A stretch of DNA of 42,353 bases from Bdellovibrionota bacterium. GTDB lineage: Bacteria > Bdellovibrionota_C > UBA2361 > OMIW01. Position 1 is the first letter of the stretch, and every line of letters starts with the position of its first letter. The position numbers and the translations under genes are program-made. Positions 36,957-42,353 of this stretch are shown here, one piece after another. A model generated the notes under the pieces. The model was not told the DNA's origin. It did no database searches and worked only from the letters and a program-made list of their open reading frames with translations. Where the stretch lies: NCBI GenBank assembly GCA_044345055.1, contig JBIJBT010000014.1:1-42353 (forward strand), read 5' to 3'.

Positions 36957-38162
36957 ATGAATATTACACCCGATGATTCGGCACAATCCGAGCGAAATTT
37001 CGAACATCCCCATGTCGAGCGAATCGATCTTCCCGCTGGAACTGTATATCTCGTTGGAACTGCTCACATCAGCCGCGAATCTGTAGAGCTTGCGCGAACT
37101 GTCATAGAGCATATCAAACCTTCATCAGTAGCAATTGAGCTGTGCGAGTCCCGCCTCAAAGCGATTCAAAATCCTGAGGGGTGGAAAAATATGGATGTTG
37201 TTCAGGCGATTCGAGAGGGGCGAGGACACCTTCTTTTAAGCCAATTACTCCTCGCGGCATTCCAAAAAAAAATTGGTGCTGCAACCGATGTGCGACCCGG
37301 TGCAGAGATGCTTGAAGCGATCTCTGTTGCAAAAGCTATGAATGCCGAGCTAATTCTCGCCGATCGCTCGATCAGAACTACCCTTAAACGGGTCTGGGGA
37401 CATCTAGGTTTTTTATCGGCGATGAAGTTAATTTCAACAATTATCGCTGGGCTTATCTCTGGCGAACGGGTTAAACCAGAGGATATCGAGCGATTAAAGG
37501 AGCGCGATGCGCTCTCGGCCGCCCTTGAGGAGTTCGGTCAGGTCTTTCCGGAGGTCGAAAGTACCCTTATTGGTGAGCGAGACCGCTACATGTCCGAGAT
37601 GATTCGTCGGGCTCCAGCTTTTCCAACTGTCGCAATCGTTGGGGCCGGTCATGTGCCGGGAATTTCCCGAATTTTGCGTGAGGGATTATCGATCGATCTT
37701 TCTCCCCTTGAAGAGATTCCGAACAAAACGGGACTGGGTCGAATGCTCCGATGGATTATTCCAACCCTCATAATTATTATTGTTTTCATCGGATCTTTCC
37801 GTTCGGGCAAGGATGCCGGTACCGCGATGGCTTTCTCATGGATTATTGCAACCGGATCAACGGCAGCGATTGGAGCAATCCTAGCCCTTGCTCACCCACT
37901 TACCATATTCACCGCGACGATGGTGGCCCCATTCACTGCGGTCAATCCATTTCTTCGTTCCGGTTGGATAGCAGCTCTCATCGAGGCGGCGCTAAGAAGG
38001 CCAAGAGTTGGCGATCTTGAGGGGGTTCTTGACGATATGACAACCGTGCGGGGATGGTATCGTAATCGAGTATGTCGGGTTCTTCTTGTCCTTATAAGCG
38101 TCAATCTTATGGGCATTATTGGTGGAATAGTTGCTGTTCCTCTAATTGCTCGGCACCTATGA
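36957..38162 (+). CDS. TraB/GumN (pheromone shutdown) family protein
   Basis: YLVGTAHIS, VAIELC..R, PGAEM, LADR.I.TTL.R, ERD.YM, IVGAGHVPG, C-terminal TMs. Confidence 0.9.
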   Translation: MNITPDDSAQSERNFEHPHVERIDLPAGTVYLVGTAHISRESVELARTVIEHIKPSSVAIELCESRLKAIQNPEGWKNMDVVQAIREGRGHLLLSQLLLAAFQKKIGAATDVRPGAEMLEAISVAKAMNAELILADRSIRTTLKRVWGHLGFLSAMKLISTIIAGLISGERVKPEDIERLKERDALSAALEEFGQVFPEVESTLIGERDRYMSEMIRRAPAFPTVAIVGAGHVPGISRILREGLSIDLSPLEEIPNKTGLGRMLRWIIPTLIIIIVFIGSFRSGKDAGTAMAFSWIIATGSTAAIGAILALAHPLTIFTATMVAPFTAVNPFLRSGWIAALIEAALRRPRVGDLEGVLDDMTTVRGWYRNRVCRVLLVLISVNLMGIIGGIVAVPLIARHL

Positions 38163-38260
38163 TTCTTGGAGTTTTATGGTTCGTCGGTGCCTGCGTCGTT
38201 TCTATACCCGATGGCTTAAAACCTTGATTAGCGGTGGTAATAACCGATACCATACGGGTC

Positions 38261-39298
38261 ATGAAAAATACCTCCCAGATACCCAATCCTGTCGCCCCCC
38301 TCATAGATATAAGAGAAGTTGGCCGAGCTGTTCTGCAGACGCAATCAGAGGCGCTTGCCCGTATTGCTGATCAGCTTACCGAATCGTTTGACGAGGCTGT
38401 GTCGGCTGTTGTGATGACTCATCAAGAGCAACGACGGATTATCACCTCCGGTATGGGAAAGGCTGGACATATTGCCCAAAAGTTTTCTGCAACCCTTGCA
38501 AGTACCGGTATCAGCTCATTTTTTGTAAGTCCCTCGGAGGCTCTTCACGGCGATCTAGGGCGCTTTTCTAGCGAGGATTTAGCGATTATATTCTCCTTTT
38601 CTGGCGAATCTCAGGAGGTTATTGCTCTTATTCCTCGTGTTAAGGAGCGTTCTTGCCGCATAATCGGCATAACTCAAGCGGTAGATTCCTCATTGGGCAA
38701 GGCGAGCGACATCGTTGTTCCACTCGGCTCAATTAGTGAATGTGCACCGCTAAATATAGCGCCTACTACTAGTACAACGGTAATGTTGGCGATTTCAGAC
38801 GCAATAGCTATGGCGTGTTGCGCACTGCGAGGGTTCGATCGTGGACACTTTGCACGGTTACATCCTGCGGGTGATATCGGACGGCGGCTAGTAAAAGTCT
38901 CCGAGATAATGCGCTCCGGTGAAATGCACTGCGTGGTCAATGAAAACCTATCGGTAAAAGAGGTAATTGGTCATTACATAAAGACTCCGGGACGTCCGGG
39001 TGCCGCCTCTGTCGTCAATCGGATCGGCAAGCTGGTTGGAGTCTTCACCGATGGTGATCTGCGACGTCTGCTCGGAAATGGCGTTGACTTTTTGGATGCT
39101 TCAGTTGGGTCGGTAATTGGTCGTAAACCAAAGACAATAGCTGCATCAGCATCCGCTCGGGAAGCTCTTGAAGAGATGGGAAAATGGCGAGTTGACCAGC
39201 TTGTAGTTGTAGATCGAAACGACAATCCTATAGGCATGGTGGATATTCAGGACCTTGCTGGTTTTCTGCAGGGTACGGCGCCACGCGGTACGGATTGA
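38261..39298 (+). CDS. kdsD: Arabinose-5-phosphate isomerase (KpsF/GutQ, SIS plus CBS)
   Basis: GMGKAGHI, EALHGDLG, SFSGES, APTTST, HPAGDIG, GVFTDGDLRR. Confidence 0.92.
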   Translation: MKNTSQIPNPVAPLIDIREVGRAVLQTQSEALARIADQLTESFDEAVSAVVMTHQEQRRIITSGMGKAGHIAQKFSATLASTGISSFFVSPSEALHGDLGRFSSEDLAIIFSFSGESQEVIALIPRVKERSCRIIGITQAVDSSLGKASDIVVPLGSISECAPLNIAPTTSTTVMLAISDAIAMACCALRGFDRGHFARLHPAGDIGRRLVKVSEIMRSGEMHCVVNENLSVKEVIGHYIKTPGRPGAASVVNRIGKLVGVFTDGDLRRLLGNGVDFLDASVGSVIGRKPKTIAASASAREALEEMGKWRVDQLVVVDRNDNPIGMVDIQDLAGFLQGTAPRGTD

Positions 39299-39379
39299 TT
39301 TATTTATGCCCAATTAGCGAGGGTCGAAAATAGATTAGATAAGAGGTTTGGGGAAAACCGACAGGAAAGGAAGAACAAG

Positions 39380-39865
39380 ATGAATTCTTTCAAAGATTTT
39401 TTTAGTAGCGGCGGCTTTTTCTCCGGTCAATTCAATCAAGGAGGGGTAAACCGCAGAAGCAACACCGCAACACAGCAACAGCTAGAGCTTGCTCTTGCAG
39501 TGTTATTGGTGGAGCTTGCATCGAGCGATGAGGGATTTGCTCAGAAGGAATACCAGGTCATCATTTTGGCTTTGAATCGTGTCTTTGGAGTTCCTCGTGA
39601 TAGAGCCCAGCGACACATTAATGAGGCAGTTACGGTATTAAAAAATCTCCGTAGTACCTCTGAGTACGCGCTGCGCTTAAGAGAACATCTCTTTCAGGAT
39701 GAACTAATGCTCGTGAGTCGCTGTATCGATGACGTTATGGACGCAGATGGTGTTCAGGATGGATTTGAAATTTACCACCGCCGCCGATTCCGTGAGCTTC
39801 TCGGAATACCAGCCGACAATCTCGATAAAGCAGGATTACGTAAGGACGAAGGGGATCTTTTTTAG
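39380..39865 (+). CDS. TerB-family (tellurite resistance/DjlA N-terminal-like) protein
   Basis: LAVLLVELASSD, ADG....E......ELLGI. Confidence 0.75.
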   Translation: MNSFKDFFSSGGFFSGQFNQGGVNRRSNTATQQQLELALAVLLVELASSDEGFAQKEYQVIILALNRVFGVPRDRAQRHINEAVTVLKNLRSTSEYALRLREHLFQDELMLVSRCIDDVMDADGVQDGFEIYHRRRFRELLGIPADNLDKAGLRKDEGDLF

Positions 39866-39872
39866 GGGTGAC

Positions 39873-40532
39873 TCAATCACTTGATGGCTTAACATTCCAC
39901 TCTTTGCAGTTCCATTTTTGTGTGTCCCACTCTCCAGCACCCTCCCCTTCTCCATCCCACTCAAAGCGACATAGTGCACCTGTTGCTACTTTTGGTTGAT
40001 GGCGCTCATAGAATGAGTCTCCCTCACCGGTGAGCACAGGCGCGAATCTGATAATTCCATTACTTGAAATAACGAGCACCCGTTTCCCCAGAAACTCTGC
40101 AACAACTCGTTGAGCAAAAGAACGCCACGATTGGGCTATTTCAGCGGGGTCAACTCTCCATCCATTCGGGACGATCGCTTTTGTATCCCACGCTTTTAGT
40201 GCTTCCTTCCCGATACGAGCCACCACCTCTGCCTCTGGCCGCCCCTCATCTGGTCCGTAATCAATCTCCGAAAAAATTGAGAGCTCAGATCGAGGAATCG
40301 ATCTTCCCAAAGCCTGCTCAATCATATCGGCCATTTCAATCGTTCTTTTAAGGGAAGATGTAAAGATGAAATCGGGCACCAGACCTCGATTATTCAGGTA
40401 ATTTCCTAAACAAAGCCCCTGTTCACGACCACTCTCAACAAGAGGAAGATCTGTGCGCCCTCCGACTCGGGTGACAACATCACCAGGGCCAAAGGTATTT
40501 CCGTGTCGCGCAATAAGTAAAGTTGTTCCCAT
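39873..40532 (-). CDS. Histidine phosphatase family protein
   Basis: IARHGNT, D.PL...G.EQ, TSSLKRT, EIDYG. Confidence 0.9.
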   Translation of the reverse strand: MGTTLLIARHGNTFGPGDVVTRVGGRTDLPLVESGREQGLCLGNYLNNRGLVPDFIFTSSLKRTIEMADMIEQALGRSIPRSELSIFSEIDYGPDEGRPEAEVVARIGKEALKAWDTKAIVPNGWRVDPAEIAQSWRSFAQRVVAEFLGKRVLVISSNGIIRFAPVLTGEGDSFYERHQPKVATGALCRFEWDGEGEGAGEWDTQKWNCKEWNVKPSSD

Positions 40533-40596
40533 GAACTCACACCTTGAAGAATCAGAAAATTTTGGTTCGAATGAAACAATTTCCTATCGGTTTCTC

Positions 40597-41409
40597 CTAC
40601 ATCTCTCTCAATAAAGATTCCGCGAGAGCGAGATCTTCTGGACTATCAACACCAGACATTGAGGGGCGACCGCGATAGCTTACCGAAACGCATCGAATCC
40701 TAAAGCCATTCTCAAGAGCTCGGAGCTGCTCTAATCCCTCCAGCGTCTCGTAGTAACCTTTTGAAAGCTCTCCGTATTTGCGCAACATATCGCGACCATA
40801 TCCATACAGCCCCACATGCCGATACACTGGACTCATCGCTTCCGTTTTTCGTTTTTGAAGCTCATCTCGGACAGAGGGAATGACCGATTTTGAAAACCAC
40901 AACGCATCTCCCGTTTTCTGATTAAAAACGGCACAAGTCCCGGAAAAAGGCGTTATTTTCTTGCGTTCACGGAGATTGTCTAATTCACTCCAATCAAGGT
41001 TAACTACCGGCGTCACGATATCACAAGGCGACTCCATAAACGATGCAATCATCGCAGATACAAAGTCAGGTGGTGTCAACGGCGCATCCCCCTGCAGATT
41101 TACGATGAAATCAAAATCCATTCCCAACTTCTCCACCGCCGATTGCACCCGATCGGTACCAGTGGCGCACGAAGGAGCCGTTTCAACCCAATCAACTCCG
41201 ATATCATCACAGTGAGCCCCAATTCGCTCATCGTCAGTAGCCACAACAACAAGTCCACAACCATCTCCCTGAAGTGCATCTCTTCCAATACCAACAACCC
41301 TTTCAAGCATCGTCTTTCCCGCAAGTAACGCCAACGGTTTACCGGGGAATCTGGTTGAATTGAAACGAGCGGGAATGATGATTGCGGTTTTCATGGGATG
41401 CATCTCCAT
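40597..41409 (-). CDS. kdsB: 3-deoxy-manno-octulosonate cytidylyltransferase
   Basis: IIPARFNSTRFPGKPL, TGTDR, VNLQGD.P, HVGLY, EGLEQLRALENG, GVDSPED. Confidence 0.95.
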   Translation of the reverse strand: MEMHPMKTAIIIPARFNSTRFPGKPLALLAGKTMLERVVGIGRDALQGDGCGLVVVATDDERIGAHCDDIGVDWVETAPSCATGTDRVQSAVEKLGMDFDFIVNLQGDAPLTPPDFVSAMIASFMESPCDIVTPVVNLDWSELDNLRERKKITPFSGTCAVFNQKTGDALWFSKSVIPSVRDELQKRKTEAMSPVYRHVGLYGYGRDMLRKYGELSKGYYETLEGLEQLRALENGFRIRCVSVSYRGRPSMSGVDSPEDLALAESLLREM

Positions 41410-41484
41410 ATCGATTCCTTGTCCTCATTTTTTATCTATCGATCAAGAAACTCTCACAAAAAAAGATCGATAAGAGCTACGTAA

Positions 41485-41515
41485 ATTTCGCTGCATATTT
41501 CGCTGCATATTTCGC
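41485..41515. repeat. 12-bp perfect tandem repeat (ATTTCGCTGCAT x2.6)
   Basis: atttcgctgcat atttcgctgcat atttcgc in the divergent kdsB/pilin intergenic region. Confidence 0.85.
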
Positions 41516-41571
41516 GTAGCTGTAAACAACGCTCTCGAGCCGCTCACTCTTTTACGATCTTTCTGATACCG

Positions 41572-42021
41572 ATGCACTATTCACCTGCCTCTGGCAGCTC
41601 ACTTCTATCACTTATTTGCTACCTTTTAGTCGGGAGTATCGTTGCGCTTTCGGGATCAGCGTGGCTCGATTCGGCGGTGATAACTCGCCACATCCGACAC
41701 GAATCTTCTCGACTAGCCCTATTTCTTACAGAGCTGATTATAGCCTCTAGTCACCAAAATAAACCAATTCGGCTATCTCTTAAATCGGGCACTCTTACAG
41801 CCCAGATCGGTGACATTTCTCAAACATTTAGCCCCAAGCACGGAACTGAACTCTCTCTCCCTGAATCAGACTCAGCAACTCTCCACGAAATTCGCTACGC
41901 TCGCTCCTGCTCACCTACCACGTTTAAGCTGACAAAACCCCGCTCGCTCCTCAGCTGTTCAACGACCCTTTCCTTAAGGTGTCGAGTAAGAACTATCTGC
42001 AAAAAAGGGGTGGCTAAATGA
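41572..42021 (+). CDS. Pseudopilin/minor pilin-like protein (GspH/FimT-like)
   Basis: G-SSLLSLI cleavage-like site followed by a hydrophobic helix; C-terminal Cys residues. Confidence 0.55.
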   Translation: MHYSPASGSSLLSLICYLLVGSIVALSGSAWLDSAVITRHIRHESSRLALFLTELIIASSHQNKPIRLSLKSGTLTAQIGDISQTFSPKHGTELSLPESDSATLHEIRYARSCSPTTFKLTKPRSLLSCSTTLSLRCRVRTICKKGVAK

Positions 42022-42272
42022 GACGAAAAGATCAATCAGGAGCGCTCCTTGTTGAGATACTTATCGGCGCAACACTTATTGCCATATTGCTAATGGTATC
42101 ATTTATTCTGACCGCTCGGGTTCTCGTCACGCTACAACGTAACGGCATCGCTCATCGCGCAGATGAGACTCTTAAACCTCTCTCGCAAACAGGATGTACC
42201 GATAATGGCTCTGAGATACTGACCTGCTCACGGGGTAAACACTCACTTTTTATCGTGCGAGAGTGGCCATGA
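42018..42272 (+). CDS. Short pilin-like protein
   Basis: QSG-ALLVEILIG class III signal with E5; ATGA overlap with the previous gene. Confidence 0.65.
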   Translation: MRRKDQSGALLVEILIGATLIAILLMVSFILTARVLVTLQRNGIAHRADETLKPLSQTGCTDNGSEILTCSRGKHSLFIVREWP

Positions 42273-42353
42273 TAAATGTTATTGATCTTAAGGCTCTTTC
42301 TAGCCGATTTTCGAAATCCTCAAGAGGCTTTACCCTCATATCGCTACTTGTCA
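42269..42353 (+). CDS. Prepilin-type protein, N-terminus only (runs off the window)
   Basis: MINVIDLKALSSRFSKSSRG-FTLISLLV; ATGA overlap with the previous gene. Confidence 0.6.
   Translation, partial: MINVIDLKALSSRFSKSSRGFTLISLLV

Noticed and set aside
3680..41328. Many antisense or overlapping ORFs in the six-frame track (e.g. 3680..4312, 10761..11330, 16051..16779)
   Set aside because: They shadow well-supported genes on the other strand or frame and show no motifs

Overview
Bacterial chromosomal window from a Gram-negative organism (Kdo and rmlA genes, DUF4911 beside gatB, sigma54 regulator; a deltaproteobacterial/Bdellovibrionota-like host is an inference). Housekeeping blocks: tRNA-Ser, rmlA, feoAB, ppiD, gatCAB, MacAB-like ABC exporter, ferredoxin, tRNA-Cys, Met gamma-lyase, xseB, Cu-ATPase, arfB, kdsD, kdsB and the start of a pseudopilin cluster. 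Two accessory patches (about 1.3-8.4 kb and 21.6-27.1 kb) hold AAA/PD-(D/E)XK ATPases, a GNAT, DUF6502/DUF4397 genes, a Fic protein and an AT-rich orphan. Signals the ORF track does not explain: (1) a structured terminator/antiterminator leader upstream of feoA, a candidate iron-responsive riboswitch or attenuator; (2) a roughly 180-nt rod-like RNA at 32.86-33.04 kb resembling 6S RNA; (3) a mosaic of gene 3'-end fragments (a copy of the nearby ATPase tail and an ettA-like tail), both preceded by CGCACCCCT; (4) back-to-back sigma70 promoters in a palindrome between a leaderless DUF6502 HTH gene and a DUF4397 lipoprotein; (5) an FlgM-like gene divergent from a CesT/YbjN-like gene with no flagellar genes in the window; (6) short tandem arrays in leaders and two related palindromes bracketing the orphan/Fic segment. 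All family calls come from motif recognition by eye; no searches were run. No CRISPR array, integrase or intact transposase was seen.
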